Below are positions 31,118 to 40,729 of a stretch of DNA of 64,000 nt, piece after piece (the first letter of the stretch is position 1; each line of letters begins with the position of its first letter). Under the pieces are notes generated by a model. The model saw nothing but the letters and a program-made list of their open reading frames with translations, did no database searches and was not told where the DNA came from. This stretch comes from Savitreella phatthalungensis (lineage: Eukaryota), in contig AP039698.1 of the NCBI GenBank assembly GCA_051599415.1, positions 372,001-436,000 of the forward strand, written 5' to 3'. Both the position numbers and the translations under genes were made by a program.

Positions 31118-33586
31118 CTAGAGAGTCTTAGGAGCGGAAGTCTCTTCGACGTAGCATTGAACGAGATCGCCTTCCTTGAAGCCGTCAAAGTTGTCGGCGA
31201 ATGCGAGACCGCACTCTGACCCTTTGTTCACTTTAGTTACTTCCTCCTTGCCTGTCTTGAGCGAGCTCAGGAGTCCGTCGTACACTAGCTCTCCTTTCTC
31301 ACTATCCTCGCCGGCGACGTCGTTTTCGAAGGCTTTCCTGAACACGCGCACCCTCGAAGCACGCTCCACAGCACCAGTGACCACGCGGCATCCGGCGACG
31401 GCTTTAGCCGTGGCCTGTCCTGATTGCTTGACTGTGATTGTGAACACCTTGAGGATGTTGAGCTGTGCTGTGACGCGGGTGGTGAGGATTGGTGGGAGCT
31501 TTGATGCGAGGTGGTCTCTGACCCTGTCGATGAGTCTGTAGATGACGGTGTCGAAGGCTGTGTTGACGTGGTCGCGGGAGGCTAGTTGCTCTGTGCGTCG
31601 GCTGTCGTACCCACACCCGAGACCAACCACAAGCGCGCCAGCAGACGAAGCACGCGAAATGTCACTCTCAGTCACATCACCAGGACCAACGTCCACAAAC
31701 AGCGGCGCAACGCGCTCTGTGCCCAGCGCTGATAGTGAGTCTTTGACAGCTTCCGCGGAGCCAGAGACGTCAGCACGCACAATGATTGGGACGAGGATTG
31801 GACCTGTGGGTTCAGCTGGTTCGTCGAGAGGCAGGGTTGGGTCATTTTTGGAGCTTTGTTCGGAGGCGAGTGCTAGTTCGCGGTCTCTGTGGCGCTTGTC
31901 GTTGATGGCCTGGATGTCTTGTAGTTGTCTGGCTTGCTCGATTCGCAGTTGCCGATTGGCAACGACCAATTTGGCCTGCTTTTCGTCCTTTGCTCCGAGT
32001 AGCTCGTCTCCGGCCTCCGGTAGAGATGACCAGCCTGAGACTTCGACTGGTGCGCCTGGTCCAGCACCACGGGTGAGAACCTTGCCACTCTCGTCTGTCA
32101 GAGCGCGCACCTTGCACCAGGACGTGCCGGCCACCACGAATCCAGCGCGAGACAAGGTACCGCGCTTGATCACAACGGATGCCACATTGCCGCGACCCTT
32201 CTTGACAGAAGACTCCAGCACCCAGCCTTCAGGAGAAGCCTTTGGCTCAGCTCGAATATCAACAACCTCAGCCAGGCCGAGAATGGCTTCCTCCAGGTCA
32301 TCGAGTCCTTTGCCCGTGAGACCGGACACAGCCACGCATTGAACCTCGCCACCGAATTCTTCTAGCTCCACGCCTTCGGCGAGTAGGTCGCGCTTGACCT
32401 TGTCCATCTGCTTTGCCGTTGCGCCGGGCTTGTCGACCTTGTTGAGGGCGACGATGACAGGGACATTTGCTGATCGCGCGTGGCGGATAGCTTCTCGCGT
32501 CTGTGGCATCACAGAATCGTCAGCTGCCACCACTAGGACTACCATGTCTGTCACGTCTGCACCGCGCTTCCGCATGCTCTCGAAAGCAGCGTGACCAGGC
32601 GTGTCAAGGAACGTGATTGTTCTGGAAGGGTCTGCTTGCGACGCAACCGAGAATGCTCCAATGTGCTGTGTGATGCCGCCGGCTTCGCCTGCAGCAACGG
32701 ACGCCTTTCGCAAGGTATCGAGTAAAGTTGTCTTGCCATGATCGACATGACCCATGATTGTGACGACTGGTGGACGTGTTGGTAGTTTCGCATGGGCTTC
32801 TGGCTGAGGTGCCGGTGCCGGGAAAAGATCAAAAGCATTCACCTCGTCCACAACGGAGTCGTACCCAAATTCCTCAGCAAGCAAGGACGCGAGGTCACTC
32901 GTCAGCACAACATCGTGCGACACATCGTCGAACCCAGCTTCCTGCATTTTGTTCTGCAATGTCTCGAGACGGACAGATAACAGACGTGACAGATTGCTGA
33001 TGGTCACAGATCGTGGGATGTACAGCTTACTCCGTGTCTGAGAGACGAGCTTGACCTGTGACCGTCGAGCAGGCTTTTGCTTCGATGCTTCATTACCAAC
33101 TCTTTGATGGAACACGGGCTCCGGTTCCGCTTGAGTGAAAGTGCCTTTACGCTTATCCTTAGCTTTTCGCCGCGTATCGTCTCGAGAGAAGTCCGAGGTG
33201 GCAGCAGATGCAGCAGGAGCAGGTCTGGAAGCAGTCATTGAAGGATTGGCCCGTTGAATCCGGGGCCGTGGTGAAGCTCCATCAGTGGCATCACGAAACC
33301 GCGTAGGTCTCTCTGACGGCTGCCTTCGGACATTGGCAGTGAAGCGGCCGGAGCTAGAAGAGGAACCAAAAGCAGAACCAGAACTAGTAGCAGGCTTTTG
33401 ACCAGGTGTGTCATTGTGCCTCTGACCAAGGTTCGCAGGTCTAGCCCATTTGCTCTTTGTCTGACGCTGTGTGGAAGGTTCCTGAGCTCCGTTTGTCTGT
33501 GTGGCAGCTGTAGCCGATGAAGCCCATCTCGGAAATGTCAAAGAGCGTGACGATACTCCCAAGCATCTCTTACACAGCACGAGCAT
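31118..33586 (-). CDS. IFM1: Mitochondrial translation initiation factor IF-2
   Basis: [44 protein letters not shown]; presequence-like N-terminus; ATG at 33586. Confidence 0.95.
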   Translation of the reverse strand: MLVLCKRCLGVSSRSLTFPRWASSATAATQTNGAQEPSTQRQTKSKWARPANLGQRHNDTPGQKPATSSGSAFGSSSSSGRFTANVRRQPSERPTRFRDATDGASPRPRIQRANPSMTASRPAPAASAATSDFSRDDTRRKAKDKRKGTFTQAEPEPVFHQRVGNEASKQKPARRSQVKLVSQTRSKLYIPRSVTISNLSRLLSVRLETLQNKMQEAGFDDVSHDVVLTSDLASLLAEEFGYDSVVDEVNAFDLFPAPAPQPEAHAKLPTRPPVVTIMGHVDHGKTTLLDTLRKASVAAGEAGGITQHIGAFSVASQADPSRTITFLDTPGHAAFESMRKRGADVTDMVVLVVAADDSVMPQTREAIRHARSANVPVIVALNKVDKPGATAKQMDKVKRDLLAEGVELEEFGGEVQCVAVSGLTGKGLDDLEEAILGLAEVVDIRAEPKASPEGWVLESSVKKGRGNVASVVIKRGTLSRAGFVVAGTSWCKVRALTDESGKVLTRGAGPGAPVEVSGWSSLPEAGDELLGAKDEKQAKLVVANRQLRIEQARQLQDIQAINDKRHRDRELALASEQSSKNDPTLPLDEPAEPTGPILVPIIVRADVSGSAEAVKDSLSALGTERVAPLFVDVGPGDVTESDISRASSAGALVVGLGCGYDSRRTEQLASRDHVNTAFDTVIYRLIDRVRDHLASKLPPILTTRVTAQLNILKVFTITVKQSGQATAKAVAGCRVVTGAVERASRVRVFRKAFENDVAGEDSEKGELVYDGLLSSLKTGKEEVTKVNKGSECGLAFADNFDGFKEGDLVQCYVEETSAPKTL

Positions 33587-33828
33587 CACCCAACGACACC
33601 GGAAGATGTCTCCAAGATGAGAGCGGAACGGTTTGATGTGTGTCCCTGTGCAGGGAAATTCTTCAAAGCTTGTGCCAGGGCAGCGTAACCTCGATCAAAT
33701 TATACGAAGACGTCAAACGTTCACAAATACAGCCTTCCTTCACAGGCACAGCCCAACAACGACAACAATCTCAAGCTCCTCCTCATAGATTAGGTTTCCA
33801 GCGGTCCTTGAGGACGTCTACTGGTCTG

Positions 33829-36801
33829 ATGGTGGACGCAAAGCGGGCAAAGCTAGAATCCTCTGTACGGCGGCACTCCCAAGCAGGATCTCGTCTATAT
33901 GCTCCTTTCAGACAGCTTGGACACATCATCAATGACCTGCCCTTCGATGTCCAGGTCCGCGGAACACAGTACGTGCTGACGACATGTATCGGTCGCGCAG
34001 TTCAGCTGTATGACTGTGCCAACATGGGTCTCCTCTTCGTGGGAAGAGATGTGGCCGCGCCAATCCGAAAAGTCATCTCCCTCGGCAACGACACACTGCT
34101 CGGTACAGGCTCAGCCATTGTAGCACAGCGTCGCGGCAAGGATGTCTGGAGCATCGACGTGGGAGCAGAGGTCGTCGACATGGTTGCATTCGGCACCTGG
34201 CTAGTTGCTGCAACCTCGAAGCCGGACTTTCGAGTCTACAACCTCGGAGCGCGGGATGAAGAGTATGCCACTCTCTCGCTAGCAGGGCACGCTGCCGTAA
34301 CAGGCATGCTGCACATGCCTACATATCTTAACAAGGTGGTCATCGGCCGCGACGACGGCACGCTCGAGCTGTGGAACGTTCGGACAGGCAAGCGGATATT
34401 TAAGACAGAGAGCTTCGGTGCCGCAGTATCTTGTATCTCCGCTGCTCCTGTTCTTGACGTTCTCGGTGTTGGCTGCGTGGATGGCAGCATTCATGTTTAC
34501 AACCTCCGCACCGCAGAGATAATTCTCAAACTATCACAGAAGGGAAAGGTGAATTCGTTGTCCTTCCGCACAGATGGCGTTCATGCGCTAGCGACCGCCT
34601 CACCCTCGGGCGATATCGCTTTCTGGGATCTGGCAAAACGCAGAATATCTTACCTGCATCGTGGCGCTCACTCAGGAGCAGTTACACATGTTCATTACCT
34701 CCAGGGTCAGCCGCTGTGTATGTCATCAGGCACGGATAATGCCGTCAAGCAGTGGATCTTTGATTCAATTGACGGTGCTCTTCCCCGACTGCTCAAGTCA
34801 CGATCAGGTCACTCTGCTCCGCCGATGTCCCTTCAATTCTACGGCGAAGAGACTTCGCAATTCCTGTTGACCGCCTCGAGAGACCGCTCAGTCAGAGCAA
34901 CAGGTGTCTACCGCGATGCACAATCGACCGAGCTCTCGCAAGGCCATATTGAGTCAGAGGCACGGAAGAAGCTGGCTCGAGGACAGGTCAGGGATTCCAT
35001 TGCGGCCACCATTGATGGATTGAAGCTCAATGAGGTCATTGCAATCTCTCATTCGACTCAGCGTGAGCGCGACTGGGACAACATCGTTACAGCTCACCGC
35101 GATGACAGTGCTGCAAGATCATGGACGTGGGCAAACAGACGACTCGGTCAGCATATCCTGCCGACGAAGGACAAATCTGCTGTCCGGAGCGTTTGTGTCA
35201 CTCGATGTGGCAACTTTGCTCTTATCGGAAGCGCACTCGGTCGCACCGACCTGTTCAACCTCCAGTCAGGACTCCACAGGCGTTCATTCGTGGCATCAGG
35301 CAGCGATAAGCCGGTGACTGGTATCGCCGTTGACGCCCTGAACGACACTGTTGTCACAGCTTCGCTGGACGGCCACCTACGCTTTTACGACTTCAGAACT
35401 GGCCTCCTCAAAGGCACACTGGATATTGGTAGCGGCATCGCCATTCTCCGTCACCACGCGCGTGCTGATCTGATCGCAGTCGCCTGCGACGATCTCGGCC
35501 TGCGTGTAGTGGACGTCGAGACTCGACGAATTGTGCGTGAACTGTACGGACCCACAAACCGGATCACTGACATGTGCTTCAGCGACGATGCTCGTTGGAT
35601 TATCGTTGCAGCGGCAGACCGATCGTTGCGAACATTCGATCTCCCCACGGCGCACTGCATCGATGCCGTCCGCACAAAATCCGTCGTGACCGCCATTGCA
35701 TACTCACCGACAGGAGACTACTTGGCCACGGCCAGTGTGGATGACATCGGCGTCTCCCTGTGGACAAACAAGACGCAGTTCTCATCCGTCGCGCCGACAC
35801 GCGTCGAGATCGCCGAAGCAGATTTACCCGAGCTCGGAGCTGACGGCCTGCAGCCTAGCAGCAGTGGCGTTGGCGGTGTGTCTGCGGTCGGACTCGCCCT
35901 GGCTGAGGTGGAGGAAGATGACGAGGAAAAGGACGAAAAGCCAGATGCTGCGCTTCTCCAGGCGGACACAACGGTCGCTCAGATCTCGGACGATCTCCAG
36001 ACCTTGTCACTCCTACCGAGACACCGATTCCAGTCACTCGTCCACCTGGACGCCATCCGGGAGCGCAACAAGCCTCGTGAGACGGCAGAGCAGCGAGCGC
36101 GCAGGCAGCAGCAGGAAGCCAAGCGCCTTCCATTCGATCTCGGCACGCTGCGTGACCTCCGGCAGAAGGAAGGTCTAGCAGCGTCGCTGGATGCTCAGGA
36201 GAAATCGTACCAGCGCGACGCCGACCACCTGCGCGAAGCACGTATACGCGACCGCATGCTCAGGACGATCGAGGAAGCGGAAGCATCAGACGCTATCGCC
36301 ATCGATCGCAACACTGACGATCTCCCTACCGTCACCGACCTCGCTCCTCTCCCAATCGCCCAGCTGCTGTCGCTGTATGCTAGTGGGCGAGGGGTGAAGA
36401 GTCGGTCGGTGTTGCTGAACGATGCTGTTGCGAGCAAGTTGAAAGGGTTAGGTCCTGCGCAGGTGGATGTGTTGATCGCTATGCTGTCTGACGGTACGGT
36501 CTCCGCCTTTTCCGCCAGCTACGATGACGAGACTACTGATCGGGTTGACGAGCGAGTTGTGCTGATGCACCTACTCACAGATCGCCTCCGTCTCAGACGA
36601 GACTATGAGCTTGTCCAAGCCTGGGTACGCACACTCCTACGTCACTGGCAGGCAGCTTTCGCCACCGAACTCTCACACAATCACGACCTCAATCACGCAC
36701 TCACACAGCTAGATGCAGCACTCCATGCAGAGTCTCAGAGGCTTGCAGAGAGATTGCTGTACGCTCAAGGCGTTCTTCGTCACCTAGCTACAGTCGGGTA
36801 G
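33829..36801 (+). CDS. UTP21: U3 snoRNP/SSU processome WD40 protein Utp21 (WDR36)
   Basis: SRLYAPFRQLG, HMPTYLNKVV, PRLLKSRSGHSAPP, LVHLDAIRERNKP, LRRDYELVQAW; start MVDAK at 33829. Confidence 0.93.
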   Translation: MVDAKRAKLESSVRRHSQAGSRLYAPFRQLGHIINDLPFDVQVRGTQYVLTTCIGRAVQLYDCANMGLLFVGRDVAAPIRKVISLGNDTLLGTGSAIVAQRRGKDVWSIDVGAEVVDMVAFGTWLVAATSKPDFRVYNLGARDEEYATLSLAGHAAVTGMLHMPTYLNKVVIGRDDGTLELWNVRTGKRIFKTESFGAAVSCISAAPVLDVLGVGCVDGSIHVYNLRTAEIILKLSQKGKVNSLSFRTDGVHALATASPSGDIAFWDLAKRRISYLHRGAHSGAVTHVHYLQGQPLCMSSGTDNAVKQWIFDSIDGALPRLLKSRSGHSAPPMSLQFYGEETSQFLLTASRDRSVRATGVYRDAQSTELSQGHIESEARKKLARGQVRDSIAATIDGLKLNEVIAISHSTQRERDWDNIVTAHRDDSAARSWTWANRRLGQHILPTKDKSAVRSVCVTRCGNFALIGSALGRTDLFNLQSGLHRRSFVASGSDKPVTGIAVDALNDTVVTASLDGHLRFYDFRTGLLKGTLDIGSGIAILRHHARADLIAVACDDLGLRVVDVETRRIVRELYGPTNRITDMCFSDDARWIIVAAADRSLRTFDLPTAHCIDAVRTKSVVTAIAYSPTGDYLATASVDDIGVSLWTNKTQFSSVAPTRVEIAEADLPELGADGLQPSSSGVGGVSAVGLALAEVEEDDEEKDEKPDAALLQADTTVAQISDDLQTLSLLPRHRFQSLVHLDAIRERNKPRETAEQRARRQQQEAKRLPFDLGTLRDLRQKEGLAASLDAQEKSYQRDADHLREARIRDRMLRTIEEAEASDAIAIDRNTDDLPTVTDLAPLPIAQLLSLYASGRGVKSRSVLLNDAVASKLKGLGPAQVDVLIAMLSDGTVSAFSASYDDETTDRVDERVVLMHLLTDRLRLRRDYELVQAWVRTLLRHWQAAFATELSHNHDLNHALTQLDAALHAESQRLAERLLYAQGVLRHLATVG

Positions 36802-36987
36802 AATATAATCACCGTTGATGTTGAACTAATCGTCCACTCACGCAGTAAAGTCATAGGATCTGATGGGATACACATTCAGAAATGCTAGATGTCTAGGGTG
36901 AGGGGAGCAAGATGGAATTCGTTCGTTACTTGTACGCTAAAGAAAAGAAAAGTAGTTCTGAATCTGTGAGTTTGGCCGAGTGTGAAT

Positions 36988-37722
36988 CTAGGCGGTGTCC
37001 TCGGCCTTTGTGTAGGGCGGGAGGAGTTCGCTGGAAGGACGATCATCAGGGCCGTCGTCAGACTTCTTCTCGGTCTGCTGGACGAGTGGCTCGTACTCCT
37101 CTGCGACATCGGCCGCGTAAGTAGGAGGAGCGGCAGCAGCAGTAGCGGCGGCGGCACCACGACGAGCCGCTCTACGGCGCTTGAACAGGACAGCGCCTCC
37201 ACCAATCACAGCCAAGGTCATGAAGAACCCGAGGAAGCTAGCGATGACGAGCTGGCAGACTGCGGCCTTGTGTCCGTGGCGAGCGCGAGTGGCCCAGAAG
37301 AGGGCGGGGAATCCGTGCGGTTTGCCGTGGCGGTGGTGAGATTTGTGGTGAGCCTGTGCATCGGCAATGTCGCCTGCCGTCAGTCCACCTGAGACTCTGC
37401 CGTGACCGTGGGCGCCAGTCTTGTGTCCGGCGTCGTTGCCGGACCGCAGTCCACATGCACGCAGGATTGTGAACCAGGTCGACTTGATGACGAGTCGGGC
37501 ATTGTCGGCAAGCTTGATGACTCGAATGCGCGTGTGACGGATCAAGGCCGTCGGAGGAGTGCCAGTGGTGGGGAGCGATGGGAGCATGGCGTGAGGAGGC
37601 GGCGCGAGTGGTGTGAGAGCAACGCTGATGTCAGATGGGTGTAGGCGCTGGGGCAGAGGGACTACCATGGCGTGCGCGCATGCGACCAGAAGGAAAAGCG
37701 CTGTGAATGCGCGGAAGAGCAT
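36988..37722 (-). CDS. Type I membrane protein with signal peptide, His-rich ectodomain and cytosolic PY motifs
   Basis: MLFRAFTALFLLVACAHA signal; TM LVIASFLGFFMTLAVIGGGAVLF followed by KRRR; PPTY and LPPY in the tail. Confidence 0.8.
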   Translation of the reverse strand: MLFRAFTALFLLVACAHAMVVPLPQRLHPSDISVALTPLAPPPHAMLPSLPTTGTPPTALIRHTRIRVIKLADNARLVIKSTWFTILRACGLRSGNDAGHKTGAHGHGRVSGGLTAGDIADAQAHHKSHHRHGKPHGFPALFWATRARHGHKAAVCQLVIASFLGFFMTLAVIGGGAVLFKRRRAARRGAAAATAAAAPPTYAADVAEEYEPLVQQTEKKSDDGPDDRPSSELLPPYTKAEDTA

Positions 37723-37868
37723 GATGACTGTAGGTGATGCGTTGGAGAATGAGGAGAAGGACAGGTGTCGATGTGTTTAAAAGGGTTTGGTTCAAGCCGT
37801 GGAGAGGAGAGGAATGACGCACGGGATAAGATGCTGATACGCGTAGAGTTGCAGGAGATATGAATACC

Positions 37869-38076
37869 TGTGCGCGCGCGCGCCTGTGTCTCCTGTCTCG
37901 CACTTGAAGATAAAATAGATCGGAAGATGAAGAAGAAGAAGCAAGCGCAGGGGTGTGAGAGAGTTAGTCTTGGTTCGTGGTCTGTGCGTGTGCGTGTGCG
38001 TGGGCGTGTGCGTGTGGGTGTGTACGGGTGTGTGAGTGTGCAAGTCCGTGTAGGGTGGAGGAGTGTGAGTGTATGT
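37869..38076. repeat. (GC)n run plus degenerate (GT)/(GCGTGT)n tract upstream of the membrane-protein gene
   Basis: tgtgcgcgcgcgcgc near 37870; gtgcgtgtgcgtgtgcgtgggcgtgtgcgtgt from 37984. Confidence 0.7.
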
Positions 38077-38504
38077 GATCCGGGTCAGTTTTGTTGGTGG
38101 CCGCACCTAGATTGATCATGCACACAATTGCACATGGAGCATATGGACTCAATTGCTCATGACCTGGACTTCTTCAACAGATTATACAACAAATATACTA
38201 AAACTGATCAGGCTGTATAATTGATAATCAATATAATCAATTAATAAGTTAGTCCAGTGGTGTAGTGGTGGGTGGAGGCGGTCACGTGATTCATGGGATA
38301 TTTGATGAGGTGGCAACTGACTAGGAGTTGCTATACAGTAGCTATAGATAGATAGAGTATAGAGATTCTGTGAACTCATCTTCATTGCGCACCACCATAC
38401 ATGATCTCCAACTGCAGATGGCTGGTGTGCAGATCTCATCACATCTCATCTCAACTCGTGATTGATGATTCTTATCTCGTGGTTTTATGATTGTGCCTCT
38501 TGTG

Positions 38505-39497
38505 CTAGATCGAGTGACGCATCTTCTCGAGTGCCTGGCGCATGTAGAACTCTTTCAGCAGCGTATTCACCTCATCCTTTGCCTCGACCTGTCCCCAGTG
38601 ACCAGTCTGGATTTCTGCACGTGACAACTTTGGAATGTACTTCTCCATCCCCAGTGACATCTCCGGCTTGAGCACGGGGTCAAGCATCGTTGCAATGAAC
38701 AGCACGGGACACTCAATCTTGAGATCCTTGTCCTTAGGGAAGTCCCGAGTCTCGTCCTCGTAATTCAACTGACGAGTCCGGTACCAATTTGTGCTTGCCT
38801 GGGGACCCTGGTTGTAGTACTGCTCGACATAGACCTCGATCTCTTCTTCAGACAGCAGTGGCTTCTCCTTTGGCGAGTCTGGCGAAGCTGCGAGGTTGTC
38901 GAATGTCGTTCGCATTCCCTTCCCTGGCTGGAACAGGTACTTGAAGAACTTGCGCCAGTCGTCTTTGGTCTTGAGTGTTTTGCGTGGCTCGTCGGAGGCC
39001 AGCCAGAGCTGGTAAGCGAATTGTGGAACCTTTTCCACCAGCTTGTCGAGCGGGATGAACTTGCCGCGTGCAGGCGCCTGGAAGGCTGTGGCGATGACGG
39101 CAGCGTACCCGACGCGCTTTGGGTGACGCAGGCACATGTTGTAGCACACCACGCCGGACCAGTCGTGTGAAAGCAAGCCAACCTTCCTCACACCCACGTG
39201 ATCCAGCAGTGCAACCATGTCCGCACACACCGACTTCATCGCGTACAGCTCCAGCGGCGTGTCAGGCGATGTGGTCCCTGCACCGTATCCGATCATCGAT
39301 GGGCAAAGCACCCTGAACCCGAGATCACGCAGGAATGGGATCTGATACCGATAGCCGTAGTAGCTGTCAGGCCATCCGTGAAGCAGCAGCAGCGTGTCCA
39401 GCGGCCGCCGTTTCGGAGACTCGTCAATGTACCTGTATACACGGCCATCGGGCAGAGTGAACTCTTCCCAATGGAATTCTTCTGGCTTCATGACCAT
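38505..39497 (-). CDS. Soluble epoxide hydrolase-like alpha/beta hydrolase
   Basis: HGWP oxyanion motif, SHDWSG nucleophile elbow (Asp), lid tyrosines FAYQL and NWYR, D-P-V-L acid, GHW catalytic His. Confidence 0.92.
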   Translation of the reverse strand: MVMKPEEFHWEEFTLPDGRVYRYIDESPKRRPLDTLLLLHGWPDSYYGYRYQIPFLRDLGFRVLCPSMIGYGAGTTSPDTPLELYAMKSVCADMVALLDHVGVRKVGLLSHDWSGVVCYNMCLRHPKRVGYAAVIATAFQAPARGKFIPLDKLVEKVPQFAYQLWLASDEPRKTLKTKDDWRKFFKYLFQPGKGMRTTFDNLAASPDSPKEKPLLSEEEIEVYVEQYYNQGPQASTNWYRTRQLNYEDETRDFPKDKDLKIECPVLFIATMLDPVLKPEMSLGMEKYIPKLSRAEIQTGHWGQVEAKDEVNTLLKEFYMRQALEKMRHSI

Positions 39498-39759
39498 CTT
39501 GAGAAGCTTAGCTTGACAATCTGGTAACTAAGTCGAGATACAATTATCTTGAGATGGAGATACTCGGTGGATGGTGAGTGATGGAATGGATGGAAATCGG
39601 TGTTTGCCGTTGGTGGGTATAGTGATGATCGATGTAGATGAAAGTGAAGGGAGAGAGAAGAGAGCTAGCTATACACCTTCTGGGGTATTCCAGGCCATAG
39701 TTTCAAATTCCATCCGATCGAGTCTGAGCTCTTTTGCGGGGTTGGACTTTCGAATCTGA

Positions 39760-39781
39760 ATGCATGCATGCATGCATGCAT
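39760..39781. repeat. (ATGC)n perfect 22-nt palindromic repeat in a divergent promoter
   Basis: atgcatgcatgcatgcatgcat read directly. Confidence 0.9.
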
Positions 39782-39962
39782 ATCATTCATGATATATCAT
39801 CGATCGATTGACTCTTTCCACTCACACACGTGCACGACTGAGCTATTTGACGTCAACCAGTCTTCCACAACCTGTACCAAGAACCTCAGAAAGTTGCATA
39901 GTTCACCACTCTCTGCTACTTCAATTCGGGTCTACCTACATCATCATAGCATACCAGTCATC

Positions 39963-40643
39963 ATGGCAGATAAGGGCAAAGCTTCTGATGTCGCAGGGAA
40001 TTCATCTGGGTCGGCTGATCGGTCAGGAGGTGTGCCGATGAGTGTTGATGGTCTGGCGACGCAGTTGATGCAGATTGCTCAGCTGACGCGGCAGAATACC
40101 AAGATGCTCGTGGCTCAGGGTCAGGATATCATGCGTCTAGATGCTCAGCAACACGGTCTCATCCCACCGTCCGCAGTTTCAGCCACATCCACAAACACGG
40201 TGTCGGCTGGTGGTGACGGTCAGAATGCCGCTCCGCCAGCTGGAGATTTCGTGGATGCAGGAACGTTGGACGAGCTCGTTGCTCAGCTGTCAATGAAGCT
40301 GGACGAGTTGGAGGAGAGAAGTGTAAGGAGAGTTCACAACAGTGGTCTCGTCGATTTGGACGATGAGATAGATTGGCTTCCAGACGGCAGCGGTGAGCCC
40401 GAGTTTGCGCTGCCGGAAGAGAGCGGAGTGAAATTACCGAGGACGATAAGCGAGCTTGAAGGGTGTGACGCCAGAACGCTGCTCGAGTGCATGAAAGGCT
40501 ATGGCCTTGCACACTACGAAGACGGTATGCCCCTGCCAACCAAGCAGGAAGAGAACGCTCTATTTGACGAGCTCGCACGCTTCCTCGGCTTGCGTACAAG
40601 GAGGTCTAGCAAGCGCAACGGTGGGCAAGCAGCATCGAAGTAA
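39963..40643 (+). CDS. Mrp8-like protein (S. cerevisiae YKL142W family, function unclear)
   Basis: DFVDAGTLDELVAQLSMKLDELEERSVRRVHNS..DDEIDWLPDGSGE..LPRTISE..FDELARFLGLRTRR parallels recalled Mrp8 blocks (EERSIRR..NS, LPNADG, F.D.ARYLGL..RR); start MADKG at 39963. Confidence 0.75.
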   Translation: MADKGKASDVAGNSSGSADRSGGVPMSVDGLATQLMQIAQLTRQNTKMLVAQGQDIMRLDAQQHGLIPPSAVSATSTNTVSAGGDGQNAAPPAGDFVDAGTLDELVAQLSMKLDELEERSVRRVHNSGLVDLDDEIDWLPDGSGEPEFALPEESGVKLPRTISELEGCDARTLLECMKGYGLAHYEDGMPLPTKQEENALFDELARFLGLRTRRSSKRNGGQAASK

Positions 40644-40729
40644 TCACGATGGGAGAGCTGAGTTGGATGAATCATGACGCCTACGCTTGCTATGAGAAAA
40701 GAAATTTGGAATTCTGGAGCTTCACTGGC

